NCBI GenBank assembly: GCA_030390025.1
Contig: CM059431.1
Span: 147,252,001-147,316,000 of the forward strand
DNA from: Squalus acanthias
Taxonomy: Eukaryota
Direction: 5' to 3'
Length of the DNA: 64,000 bases
Part shown: positions 27,990 through 41,000 of the stretch, piece after piece
Numbering within the stretch: position 1 is the stretch's first letter
Layout: the number at the start of each line of letters is the position of its first letter
Made by a program: the position numbers and the translations under genes
The notes under the pieces: model-generated
The model's input: only the letters and a program-made list of their open reading frames with translations
Told to the model about the DNA's origin: nothing
Databases searched by the model: none

Positions 27990-28215
27990 GTGACATTTCC
28001 CTGTCTTCCTGTTCCCTCTCTGATCATAACACTCTACCTATATTCTTCTCTATATTTACATTTGCATTACATTTGCCTTTTACATGCACTGTATTTACCT
28101 TCTGTATTTGCATATCTGTCTCTCGATAATTATTTTCACCAGACATTCCTGTTTTGATGTAATTCATTCTCGAATTTCCTTTATTAACACGGGAATACTC
28201 CTTTCTTTGTTGCAG

Positions 28216-28272
28216 GCACTGCTCTATGAGATGTACCTCCATCAGTGTGTTTCTGAACAGGAACTGGGCTAA
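28216..28272 (+). CDS. GTPase last coding exon: ALLYEMYLHQCVSEQELG*
   Basis: TTGCAG| acceptor; phase 0; ends in TAA. Confidence 0.8.
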   Translation, partial: ALLYEMYLHQCVSEQELG

Positions 28273-28639
28273 AACTGACCGGCAGTAGGACTTTGGAAAG
28301 TGAGACAATAACATGATGCGATTTCTAACTCTGGGCTCCCATGAGTGCACAGTGGTATAGTGTTTATGTTAGTGGGCTACTATTCCAGAGGCCTGAGATT
28401 ATGATCTGGAGACGTGAGTTCACATTCCCCCACGGTAGCTGAGGAATTTAAATTCAGTTAATTAAATAAAAGTCTGGAATAAAAAGCTAGTATCAGTATT
28501 GGTGATCATGAAACTATCAGTTTGTCGTAAAACCCCATCTGGTTCAATAATGTCTTTTATGGAAGGAAATCTACTGACCTTACCTGGTCTGGCTGATATG
28601 TGACTCCAGACCCACTGCAATGTGCTTGACTCTGAAGGG

Positions 28640-30930
28640 GCCTCTGAAATGGAGTAGCACGTCACTCAGTTGAACCAAACCGCTACGAATAAGAATAAAA
28701 CCGGACGGACCTCCTGGCATGGACCTCGGCACTGCCATACCCCAGCCCAGTCGAACCTGCCAAATCCTCCTAACGAACATTAGCGACTTTTGCCAAAATT
28801 GGGAGAGCTGTCCCACAGACTAGTCAAGCAACAGCGTGACATAGTCATACTCACAGAACTTTCAGCCAGTGTCCCAGACTCCTCCATCACCATCCCTGGA
28901 TATGTCCAGTCCCACCAGAGGTGGGGGCACAGTGGTATACATTCGGGAAGGCTTGTACCTGGGAGTCCTCAACATTGACTGGGAACCCCATGAAGTCTAA
29001 TGGCTTCAGGTCAAGCATGGGCAAGGAACCCGCCTGCTGATTACTACCTACCGCCCTTACTCAGCTGATGAGACAGTGCTCCACCATGTTGAGCACCACT
29101 TGGAAGAAGCACTGAGAGTAGGAAAGGCACAGAATATACACTGGGTGGGGGTCTTCAATATCTATCACCAAGACTGGATCGGTAGCACCACTACTGGCCG
29201 AGTCCTGAAGGACATTGCTGCCAGTCTGTGCCGGCAGCATGTGGTGAGAGAAACAACACGAGGGAAAAATCTACTTGACCTTGTCCTGACAAATGGACCA
29301 GTCGCAGATGCAGCAGTCCTTGATAGCAGTGGTTGCACTGACCACCGCAATGTCATTGTGGAGATGAAGTCTCGTCTTCACACTGAGGACACCCTCCATT
29401 GTGTTGTGTGGCACTACTACCGTGCTAAATGAAAAATTCAGAACAGATCTAGCAAGTCAAAACTGGGCATCCATGAGGCGCTGTGGGCCATGAGCAGCAG
29501 CAGAATTGTATTCCACCACAATCTGTAAACTCATGGCCCGGCATATCCCTCAATTTCCCATTACCTTCCAGCCAGGGTACCAAACCTGGTACAATAAGGA
29601 GTGCAGAAGAGTATGAGAGGTGAAACAGCAGGCGTACCTAAAAATGGGTTACCAAACTGGGGAGCTGCAACACAGGTACATGCAGGCTAAAGAGTGGAAG
29701 CAGCATTCTATAATCAGAGCTAAGCGATCCCACAATCAACGAATCAGATGAAAGCTCCTGCCACATCCAGTCGTGAATGTTGGTGGACCATTAAACAATT
29801 AACGGGAGGAGGAGGCTCCATTATTATCCCCATCCTCAATAATGGCAGAGCCCAGCACGTGAGGGCAAAAGACAAGGCTGATGCGTTTGCAACCATCTTC
29901 AGCCAGAACAGTCGAGTAGATGATCCATATCGGCAGCCTCTTGAGGTTCCCCTTCAGCAAATTCGATTCACTCCAGGTGATATCACGAAACGGCTTAGCC
30001 CACTGGATACAGCAAATGCTCTTCTACCCGAAAACATCCCGGCTGTCGTGCTGAAGACTTGTGCTCCAGAACTAGCTGCGCCTCTAGCCAAGCTGTTCCA
30101 CTACAGCTGCAACACTCGTATCATTACAGCTGCAACACTGGCATCTGTTCGACAATGTGGAAAAGTGCCCAAGTATGTCCTTTCCACAAAACGCAGGACA
30201 AATCCAATCCGGCCAATTGCCGCCCAATCCGTCTATGCTCAATGATCAGCAAAGTGATGGACGTTGTCATCGACAGTGCTATCAAGCGGCGCGTACTTAC
30301 CATAACCTGCTCACCAATGCTCAGTTTGGGTTCCGGAAGGACCATTCGGCTGCTGACCTCATTACAGCCTTGGTCCTAACACGGACAAAAGAGCTGAATT
30401 CCAGAGGAGAGGTGAGAGTGACTGCCCGTGACATCAAGGCAGCATTTGACCGAATGTGGCATCAAGCAGCCCTAGTAAAAGAGAAGTCAATGGGAATCAG
30501 GTGGTAAAGTCTCCACTGGCTGGAGTCACACCTAGCACAAATGAAGATGACTGTGGTGGTTGGACGTCGATCATCACAACCCCATGACATCGCTGCAGGT
30601 GATCCTCAGCTTAATGTCCTAGGCCCAACAATCGTCAGCTGCTCCATCATCAGCTCAGAATTGGGGATGTTCGCTGATGATTACACTGTTTTCAGTTCCA
30701 TTCATAAATCCTCAGATAATGAAGCAGTCCATGCCCGCATGCAGCAAGACCTGGACGACATTCAGGCTTGGTCTGATAAGTGGCAAGAAACGTTCACGCC
30801 ACAATAGTGACAGGCAATGATCATCTCCAACAAGAGAAAGTTTAACAACCGCCCCTTGACATTCAAAGGCGTTACCATCACTGCATATCCCACCTTCGAT
30901 ATGCTGGAGTTCACCGTTGAACAGAAACCT
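28640..30930 (+). mobile_element. Degraded non-LTR retrotransposon (CR1/L2/Crack group): APE endonuclease plus RT
   Basis: TTRGKNLLDLVLTN…DHR (APE), QFGFRKDHS, DIKAAFDRMWH, VLGPT and MFADD; many stops and frameshifts. Confidence 0.85.
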
Positions 30931-30934
30931 GACT

Positions 30935-31590
30935 ATGATGCTCTGCTCATTATAATAGATTGATCACTGAAGCCCAACGTCCCCCCTCCCAACCTTTTCA
31001 TTATAAATGGCTCAAACCAGCTAGAAGCATCTGGCGGAGGGGACGGCTCAGACTGCATAGGTAAGAGTGGAACCAGGCGATGGCTGTTCCACACAACTGG
31101 AAAATGGAAGAGAGGCGTTGCGAAGGATGGTATGGTCAACCGAGTCAAAGACGGGAAGAATGACGAGGGATAATGCACCATGTTCACAGACACTGAGGAT
31201 ATAATTTGTGACTTCGTTAAGGGCCGCTTCAAGTGCTCTGCAAAGGCAGAAACTTGATTGGAGAAATTCAAACAGAGGATTGCGGGAAAGATGGACACGA
31301 ATTTGAGAGGCGACAATAAGTTCAATTACTTTGGACAGGAATATGATGTTGGAGATGAGGCGGTAGATTGCAAAAGTCAGCGGGGATCAAGGGTGAATTT
31401 GTCAGGAGGAAGTGATGGAGGCAGATGTCAAAGGAAGGGGGACAGTAACAGAGCAGAGGGAACCGTTCACAATATCAGACAGCATGGGCCTAGGAAGAGA
31501 AACTGGATGGTCAGCTGTTTAGTTGGAATGGGGTTAAGGCAGCTGGAGGTGGTTTTCGGGGAAAACATGAGCTTACACGACGGGTAATAG
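30935..31590 (-). mobile_element. L2-like RT fragment
   Basis: The reverse strand reads …VFDSVDHTILR…, resembling the L2 'AFDTVDH' motif; degraded. Confidence 0.55.
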
Positions 31591-32170
31591 GGGAATTCAA
31601 GGGAATACAGCAAGTGTTTAATTAAATTACATGACAGGCAAATTTAGGGGAAGGCAGGAACTCTTTAGTTAAAATAGAATAAAGGAAACTTTAGGGGAAT
31701 ACAACAATTGTTTACTTATCAGTCGAATAACGGGAACTATAGGGGAACACAGTAACTGTGTAATTAGAGATAGAGAACAGGGTAATTTAGGGGAACACAG
31801 TAACTGTGTAATTAGAGATAAAGGACAGGGTAATTTAGGTGAACACAATGACTGTGTAATTAGAGATAGAGGACAGGGTAATTTAGGGGAACACAGTGAC
31901 TGTTTAATTAGAGATAGAGGACAGGTTACTTTAGGGGAACACAGTAACTGTGTAATTAGAGATAGAGGACAGGGTAATTTAGGGGAACACAGTAACTTTT
32001 TAATTAGAAATAGAGGACAGGAGAATTATGGGGAATGCTGTAACTGTTTAATTATAAATGGGGACCAGGGGGAGACATAAACCATTTATTTAGAAGTAGG
32101 GGACATGGGAAGATATTAAACGTTTAATAACAAATAGAGGGCACAGGAATGCCAGGAGAACACAACACAT
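31590..32170. repeat. 48-bp tandem repeat (AGAGATAGAGGACAGGGTAATTTAGGGGAACACAGTAACTGTGTAATT)
   Basis: About 6 clear units at 31740-32050 with degenerate flanks. Confidence 0.8.
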
Positions 32171-32194
32171 TTTCAAAAGGAATAGTAGAATAGA

Positions 32195-32310
32195 GCGGAC
32201 GCAGGAAATCTGAAATAACAGCAGAAAATACTCAGCTATCAGGCCGCATCGAGGAGAGAGAAACAGAGTCAACGTTTCGGATTGAACCCTTCGTCAGAAT
32301 TGGAAAAGTA
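32195..32310 (-). mobile_element. Penelope-like terminal-repeat fragment with a minimal hammerhead motif
   Basis: Matches the terminal repeat at 47316-47415. The minus strand reads CTGACGA-AGGGTTCAATCC-GAAAC-GTT. Confidence 0.7.
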
Positions 32311-32682
32311 TAGGGAAGAGAGATTTTTAAGTAGTGGCTGTTTAATTAGAAACAAGGGCGAGAATCACAACCATATGGGATGGAATTTGACACGGTAATG
32401 TAATGGTTAACTTTGTTTTCTATTTTACTTTTTGATATTGGATGATGTGGATGATTACATATCGACTTCTCACGAGAGTACCTGGGTTCACATGCATCGC
32501 ATCTGAGTCTGATGGAGTTAAAACCTCTGCCTGAAACCTGACTGGTGCCTTAAGTACAGTTGGTCGTCTGACTTCAGTTAAATGAGAATGTGCCTGTTAC
32601 ACAGAATTACTCGAAACTCATAATCACTGCCCCAGAAGCTGGATGGCAGCCGGACTGGCAAAGCGTGGGCTCCACAGAGACT

Positions 32683-33245
32683 TGAAACCAAGTGGAGTTT
32701 GGCTTTTACAGAAGCTCAGGATTGTTAGTGAGAAATTAATTCACTCCAGTCTAAATTGATAGGTAAAAACAAACAGTTTATTTAATATTCAGAGATCTCT
32801 GGGAGAAGCGTCATAGACCTTATCCGGCCTCGTGACCACGGCTTCTCGACCTCCCGTTGTCAATTACAACCTTTTATTTAAGAATTATCCAATCACATAG
32901 CTACAAAATATCACACGATTACAATTATGTCAATTCAAACTAAACTGGTTAATTCGTTATATTTCTTACCTTTGTCAGATATATGCTGCAAGCAATGTTT
33001 GGTGGGAATCACATTCTATGTTTTGCCTGAGTATTGGGTCTAAACTCATTCTCACATTAGTCCATTGTATTTCTCTACAGATGCCCATTGTATTCTGTCC
33101 TTGAATGCTGCTAGGCATCCAATCCCCATTCATCCTTATCATCCACTTGGTTCTTATTCTATTTCGTACATAACTTCCATTCCCTTTACAGCTAAGAGAT
33201 GTTTAATTTAATTTAATTTAACATGAGTTCAAATTAAACCTTTCA
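32683..33245 (-). mobile_element. 3' LTR of the ERV
   Basis: The minus strand starts TGAAA directly after the purine tract AGGAGGGAC and ends TTTCA. TATA-like TAAATAAAAG near 32875 and AATAAA near 32780. Confidence 0.7.
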
Positions 33246-36200
33246 GTCCCTCCTGTCGGTTCCGTGCCAAATGAAAATTTTGGCCAGGGATACCGACTTC
33301 TTTCCCTTTTATCATCCCTAGATTATACTTGTATTAATAAACTCGTCTCTCCCTTCTATCTATCCTTGGTGTCGGCTGTATGGTGGTCTGTACGAAAAGA
33401 AAAGAGCTTTACATACAGATATCCTGTAGCAGCTGTTCATTGCTTGGTTCAATATTGACTAAAGCGACCGGCATCATTCTGGCCATAGCTGCCTTACAAC
33501 ATGCATTTAAAATTATCAGTATAACACAGAATGCTATTCCAATTAAGAGAACAATTATCAATCCATGCATCAAAGATGAACCCCATGATCCCCCATCCTA
33601 TTGTCCAATTGTGAAGCGGGAAGGCATCCCTCGCCGTCCCTTTCTGCATGACTGACAAGGCATCCCTCTTATCTTTCTGAGGAATATTTTGTTATGTTTC
33701 TTTAAGGATATTTTATGACTTCCCGACTCCATTTCTGTCTATTATTCCCCACCCTGTGTTGTTTAGCATTTTACGATTCCCTTATCACTTCTATTTGTCT
33801 TTTGATGCTTGATATTCGACCTTGCTGGCATTTCTGCTATCTGTTCCTGGCTGCATGTTGTCAGTCGCTGTTCTAAGAATTAAAACCCATCTTTGAATCT
33901 AACAGCTATTTCTTACAATTCCCTTCTTTGAAAAGGAAATATCCTTATTGACTTCTCACAATCGGCTCTTGACTAATCTAGTTAGTTCTTATTGCTCTCT
34001 CAACTTGGGCGTTAGTTAGTAGGGAGTCTTGAAGATATCTCCCTTCCTTCATGTCCATTCCTTGGAGGAGAAGGAACAACCTCTGACCCCTTACTCAAAT
34101 TCAATTCATTGTTCCGGTGTTCCAATTCTGCCCCTCCTGGGGTATCCTCTGTTTCTTCTATCTTTCCTGATGTTACCCCGCCTGGGGTCCCCTCTACATT
34201 GCTTCGGATCTTCTCTTTCCGTGTGCTCAATTAATTTGCTAGTGCTGGTTAGTCATAGACATGAGTATACAATTGGCTTATGTATCAAAGTCTTACTCCA
34301 CACATTAAATATATCAAATACATTATCATTTCAAGTTGGATAACTACCAGAGCGTGTGAAATAATACGAAGCTAAGGGTGTGCTGATGTATTAAGCCAAA
34401 TATCCCACCAGTGTGAGTTGTCCCCTATGCTGTCAATTTCAATCTCGAGTTGTCTTGCTCCAAAACATAAAAATGCTTTAGGGAGGAGTTCAATCGCATC
34501 ACGAGCTCACTGAAGCCCTCAATTGTCCCAATCCAAATTCCAGGTAACTCTCCACTCCAACTTCAATTTCAATCCCTCTAACAGGTACCAGTGTATTTAA
34601 CTCTATTCTGATTGTTTCATTAATTATAGTTTCTCGATGGAGTATGTGTCAATGCTTTAAAGGTTGTCTCGCTCTTCTGAACCGCATTAACCATTTCATG
34701 TTTTGCTGTTGTCAAGTAACTGAGCATGACTGAGACCCGCTCTTCAGTGCAGATTCAACATACATTCCCGGATGGCAACTGCCTCACATGTAACAAATCA
34801 CATTTGCACACTCATATCGGTATCTCCATATCATGCCACATGTGCCTTTCTCGGGCTTTCAGGTATCTTATCAAAAGATTGTCTGGAGGACTTTGTTCAT
34901 CTTCCTCTGCATGGTCCCGATATCTTGGATAGTGGCCGGACTATCAAATTCAGTTTTCTTAAAAAGGTTCATTAGAGGCAGGGACACAAATGTCTCCAAG
35001 AGAAAGCTATCAATTTACTATTCTTAGCTACTCTTTCCTGACTTTCACTAGAAAGTTTTGAAAATTCCCATTCAGTAGTGTAATTCTCTTGTTTCAATCT
35101 TACACCTTCAATCACTTCCCTTTAATTACCATTCATATCTCATTCATGAGCCCTGGAGAAACTTTACTGTGTAGTACAATATTTTAGGTTGAAAACATAG
35201 ATCAAACATTCTCACTTGGTCCAAGTTATTAACGTTTTTATTCATCATTATTTAGAGGATCTTTTATTTTCCCAAAAGTAACCCAATATATAGTGCCTGA
35301 GTGCATTTTGTCATTTCAATATTATCCCGAAATCCAAAAAGCAGTACTGTTGAACTGACAGGTTTTGTCAATGTTCAATTTCATTTCTATAACTTAAACA
35401 GCTGTCAGTGGAAAGGGTTAACTCCTTTGCAGTGTTTTTAAGAAGCTGGAGCGAAACATTGTCAGGCGCACGCAATTGCGTCACTTCACGTAAATTTAAA
35501 AAAAACTTTCCCGATTCAAAAAACAGTTGTGTTTTCACACTTTAACCAAACACCAGAAGAACAGATAAAACAAAACAAACTAGTACATGCTTGCAGAACC
35601 AGTAAATTACGTCATTTTTCTAATCGTCCTTTCTTCAGATGTTTTTCCAAAATACTGTAAAAACATTGAATATAACTGGAGAAAAATTAGTTTTTCACAT
35701 TTAAGCAAATCAAATCAAACTGCTTTGGAAGATTTCACCATAGCAACCGCGACTCCAAGGTTAAATCCTAGACCGAAACTTAATCTTTTGTTAAACAAAC
35801 CTTTTGTTGTTCTTCTCAGTTTTTACACACCAGCTTAACTTAAATTGTACTCAAAGTTTGTTTTTCAATTCTTGGGGCACAATCTATTGCAGCCACACAT
35901 CGTCGCATTGCCTTCGCTACTGGATCGCTCTTGGTGGAGTAATACGCAACGGGTCTCTGTTTCCCTCCGTTATCTTGCATTACCACGGCTGAATAACTCC
36001 GCTGGTCCTTGTCACAGTAGAAGTGGAAGGTTCGGGTATAGTCTGGCAGTCCTAGGGCAGGGGCTGTTATGCTTCCTCCTGCTCTGTCGCCCCCCGTTAA
36101 CTAACCGCTGAATCGGCTCTGCTTTCCCTGCGAAGTCTGATATAAAATTACTGCAGTGGTTAAATAGTCCCAACCATTTCCTCACTCCCCGGGCGGTCAC

Positions 36201-38070
36201 TGGCCTTGGCATGTCTTTTATGGCTGCCTTTGTTTCTGCAGGGTGCCTTATAACCCAGGTTAGTTTCGTGTCCTAGATACTTTACTTTGGACAGTCCAAC
36301 CTGTGCCTTTTTGGGTTCAATTTAAAGCCAGCTTTCTTAAGTATATGGAGGGTGGCTAGTAATGCTCCCATATGTCCTTTGGCATCCTCTGATGCAATCA
36401 TTATGTCATCGACATATTGGAGTAGGGCACTCTGATGCTTTGATAGGTCTAACTCGTCTAAGGCTTGATTCAGTATATGGTGGAATATATTTGGATTATT
36501 GTGGAACCCCTGCGGGAACCTGATCCATGTACCCTGTCTATCCCTGACAGTAAATGCGAATTTCCCTTGTGATTCCTCTGCCAATGGTATGGACCAGAAC
36601 CCGTTCTGTATCCAAGACTGTAAATATTTTAAAGACTGGTTTCAGACCATTAAATATCTTATTCAATGTGGTCTACATAAATTTACACCAACCAGAATTT
36701 CACCATGCACAATAAAAGTCTGTTTTTAATAGGTTAATTTACCTCAATAACTCCAATTCAATCCAGATCATTTTTTTTAACTAACCAGTATCACTTAGAA
36801 AAGAAAGAAACCATAGCCACATTAACAAAGAGACAATTACCCATGCCTTGTAAACATTCAATTTCATTTTCTTCCTGGCACATTGGCAACTGTGACTTCA
36901 AGGCTGAAGCTTATCTTTTGTAAAACAATTAACAAACTTAAAACAACACACGCTTGTCCTTCTTTCAAGACAAGTCTTCAAAGGGTTAAACAGCTTTTCG
37001 CTCTTTGCACAAAAGGGTGGGTGGAGCTAAAACAAAAATGACAGACACTTTTTTAAAGACAGACTTTCAGACAAGATAAATACTGTAACTTCTTAAACAT
37101 TCGTGGTCAGGAAAACCTTTCACTCTTTAACACACACTTTCTCACAAACTGAAATTTCAGCATTTTTTTTAAGGTTCCTTTCACTCAGCAAATCTTGTGT
37201 TTTAATTTGTCTCGGCACAGACATTAATAACTTCCATGTCGGTAAAACTTTAAATTTCTCTCTTTTTTTCTCTTTTACATAGGTGTCTCAGCAGCTTTTC
37301 CTGGCTACCAAATCGCTTTTTTTTTCCTTTGCTGTGTTTCAGATTGGTTAGCCTGCAAATTAGATCTTTTTCCTTCTTTATCTTTGGTTTGTCCACTCCA
37401 CCAAGCCCGTTTTGTTATCATTATCAACAGATGTGTTAAAATTACTCCTGCCTTTCGAGTTTTCCTTTGTTTCTGCTTCTCCCACCACTCCCGTTGCGCC
37501 ATCGCTTTTCCTATTGGATCCCACCCATCTTTCTTCATTCTATCATTCAAACCCTTTTGGTCCTCGGCGGAGAGCTGACTCATGGATTCTCACGGGCCAC
37601 AATCGGGTTCCTCACCTTCCGCCATAATGTATTATTATTGTCACGAGCTCACCGCTTTCCGGCCCACTCTAGCGACACGTTCTCAGAGGTTCTGCCTATC
37701 ACCCACCACTCAGATGATGGAAGCCTGACTTGTAAATCTAATGCTTCAGAGGTGAGTTTTGGGCTTCACTCCGACCCCTTTCGCATGTAACCATTAATAC
37801 ATTATCACAATACGTCACATCATACAATACAACAGATCCCGCAACGCAACACATCAGAGAGGTCTTACAGATTCTTTGTCTGTCTCGGATTCCCAACTAA
37901 CTCTGGCCGTCACGTGGGGCCCAATCGCCCTCTTAATTTCGGCTCAGCAGGGGTCCTCGAGACATTTCCATTCCGAAATAACAAATCAGGCTTCAATTAT
38001 CTTAACTACTATCCGTACTTTCGGTTAACCTTATTATTTCAATATTAAAAACACTTTATGCGCCGTCGCC
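32683..38070 (-). mobile_element. Decayed, internally deleted endogenous retrovirus (gag, pol and env remnants; Loki/ERV4-like); 5' LTR not seen
   Basis: gag-like N-terminus at about 37305-37625. RT NGFWSIPLAEESQGKFAFTV…WIRFPQGFHN…LQYVDD at 36282-36630. Connection domain RPVAYYSTKSDPVAK near 35900-35985. env-like TM segments at 34280-34455 and 33409-33600. Confidence 0.85.
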
Positions 38071-38075
38071 GTCAC

Positions 38076-41000
38076 GCTTTACTCTGTATCTAACCTGTGC
38101 TGTACCTGCCCTGGGATTGTTTGATGGGACAGTTTAGAGGGATATTTACTCTGTATCTAACCCGTGCTGTACCTGCCCTGGGATTATTTGATGCGACAGT
38201 GTAGAGGGAGGTTTACTCTGTATCTAACCCGTGCTGTACCTGCCCTGCGAGTGTTTGATGGTAGAGTGTAGATGGAGCTTTCCTATTTATCTAACCCGTG
38301 CTGTACCTGGCCTGGGAGTGTTTGATGGGACAGTTAGAGGCAGCTTTACTCTGTATCTAACCCGTGCTGTACCTGCCCTGGGAGTGTTTGATGGGACAGT
38401 GTAGAGGGAGATTTACTCTGTATCTAACCCGTGCTGTACCAGGCCTAGGAGTGTTTGATGGGACAGTGTAGATGGAGCTTTACTCTGTATTTAACCCGTG
38501 CCTTACCTGCCCTGCGAATGTTTGATGGGACAATGTAGAGGGAGCTTTACTCTGTATCTAACCCGTGCTGTAACTGACCTGGGAGTGTTTGATGGGTCAG
38601 TGTAGAGGGAGCTTTACTCTGTTTCTAACCCGTGCTGTACCTGCCCTGGGAGTGTTTGATGGGACAGTGTAGAGGGAGCTTTACTCTGTATCTAACCCAT
38701 GCTGTACCTGGCCTGGGAGTGTTTGATGGGATAGTGTCGAGGGAGCTTTACTCTGTACCTAACCCGTGTTGTACCAGGCCTGGCAGTGTTTGATAGGACC
38801 TGTAGAGGGAGCTTTACTCTGTATCTAACCCGTGCTGTACCTGCCCTGGGAGTGTTTGATGGGACAGTGTAGAGGGAGCTTAACACAGTATTTAAATCGT
38901 GCTATACCTGCAATGGGAGTGTTTGATGGGAGAGTGCCGAGGGAGCTTTTTTCTGTATCTAACCCGTGCTGTACCTGTCATGGGAGTGTATGATGGGACA
39001 GTGGAGAGGGAGCTTTACTCTGTATCTAACCCCGTTCTGTACCTTCCCTGGGAGTGTTTGATGGGAGAGTGTAGAGGGAGCTTTACTCTGGATCTAACCC
39101 TTTGATTTAATTTATTGGTCTGCAATTGTAAAGTACACATGCTTTTTTTTCCATCTATATATGCTCTGGCGATTCTGTATCCAATTTACTTCACCTGAGG
39201 AAGGAGCGATAGCTCCGAAAGCTTGTGATTTCAAATAAAACTGTTGGACTATAACCTGGTGTTGTGCGACCTCTCAATATTGTTTGATGGGACAGTGTAG
39301 TTGGAGCTTTACTCTGGACCTAACCCTTGCTGTGCCTGCCCTGGGATTGTTTGGTGGGACAGTGTAGAGGGAGCTTTACTCTGTATCTAAACCGTGCTGT
39401 ACCTATCCTGGGAGTGTTTGACAGGACAGTGTAGAGTGAGTTTTACTCTGTATCTAACCCGTGCTGTACCAGGCCTGGGAGTGTTTGATGGGACATTTCA
39501 AGGGAGCATTACTCTGTATCTAACCCGTGCTGTACTAGGCCTGGGAGTGTTTGATGGGACATGCAGAGGGAGCTTTACTCTGTATTTAACCCGTGCTGTA
39601 ACTGACCTGGGAGTGTTTGATGGGTCAGTGTAGAGGGAGCTTTACTCTGTAGCTAACCCGTGCTGTAACTGACCTGGGAGTGTTTGATGGGTCAGTGTAG
39701 AGGGAGCTTTACTCTGTATCTAACCCGTGCTGTACCTGCCCTGGGAGTGTTTGATGGGACAGTGTAGAGAGAGCTTTACTCTGTATCTAACCCGTGCTGT
39801 ACCAGGCCTGGGAGTGTTTGATGGGACAGTGTAGAGGGAGCTTTACTCTGTATTTAACCTGTGCTGTACCTCGCCTGGAAGTGTTTGATGGGACAGTTAG
39901 AGGCAGCTTTACTCTGTATCTAACCCGTGCTGTACCTGGCCTGGAAGTGTTTGATGGGACAGTTAGAGGCAGCTTTACTCTGTATCTAACCCGTGCTGTA
40001 CCTGCCCTGGGAGTGTTTGATGGGACAGTGTAGAGGGAGATTTACTCTGTATCTAACCCGTGCTGTACCAGGCCTAGGAGTGTTTGATGGGACAGTGTAG
40101 ATGGAGCTTTACTCTGTATTTAACCCGTGCCTTACCTGCCCTGCGAATGTTTGATGGGACAATGTAGAGGGAGCTTTACTCTGTATCTAACCCGTGCTGT
40201 AACTGACCTGGGAGTGTTTGATGGGTCAGTGTAGAGGGAGCTTTACTCTGTTTCTAACCCGTGCTGTACCTGCCCTGGGAGTGTTTGATGGGACAGTGTA
40301 GAGGGAGCTTTACTCTGTATCTAACCCATGCTGTACCTGGCCTGGGAGTGTTTGATGGGATAGTGTCGAGGGAGCTTTACTCTGTACCTAACCCGTGTTG
40401 TACCAGGCCTGGCAGTGTTTGATAGGACCTGTAGAGGGAGCTTTACTCTGTATCTAACCCGTGCTGTACCTGCCCTGGGAGTGTTTGATGGGACAGTGTA
40501 GAGGGAGCTTAACACAGTATTTAAATCGTGCTATACCTGCAATGGGAGTGTTTGATGGGAGAGTGCCGAGGGAGCTTTTTTCTGTATCTAACCCGTGCTG
40601 TACCTGTCATGGGAGTGTATGATGGGACAGTGGAGAGGGAGCTTTACTCTGTATCTAACCCCGTTCTGTACCTTCCCTGGGAGTGTTTGATGGGAGAGTG
40701 TAGAGGGAGCTTTACTCTGGATCTAACCCTTTGATTTAATTTATTGGTCTGCAATTGTAAAGTACACATGCTTTTTTTTCCATCTATATATGCTCTGGCG
40801 ATTCTGTATCCAATTTACTTCACCTGAGGAAGGAGCGATAGCTCCGAAAGCTTGTGATTTCAAATAAAACTGTTGGACTATAACCTGGTGTTGTGCGACC
40901 TCTCAATATTGTTTGATGGGACAGTGTAGTTGGAGCTTTACTCTGGACCTAACCCTTGCTGTGCCTGCCCTGGGATTGTTTGGTGGGACAGTGTAGAGGG

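Larger units (their letters stand above)
3158..28272 (+). pseudogene. Multi-exon EHD/dynamin-like P-loop GTPase with two C-terminal hydrophobic segments (resembles the uncharacterised fish si:dkey-98f17.5-like family). 5' exon(s) not found; 1-nt frameshift in exon 4 (pseudogene or assembly error)
   Basis: Eleven GT-AG exons with compatible phases except exon 4, giving about 410 aa. Motifs: G1 GNHSAGKS, G2-like ETQG, G3 DTQG, G4-like SKAD, then a helical segment, two hydrophobic segments and a stop TAA at 28270-28272. Confidence 0.8.

Noticed and set aside
38040..38076. Possible tRNA primer-binding site of the ERV
   Set aside because: I could not recognise a TGG-initiated match to a tRNA 3' end.
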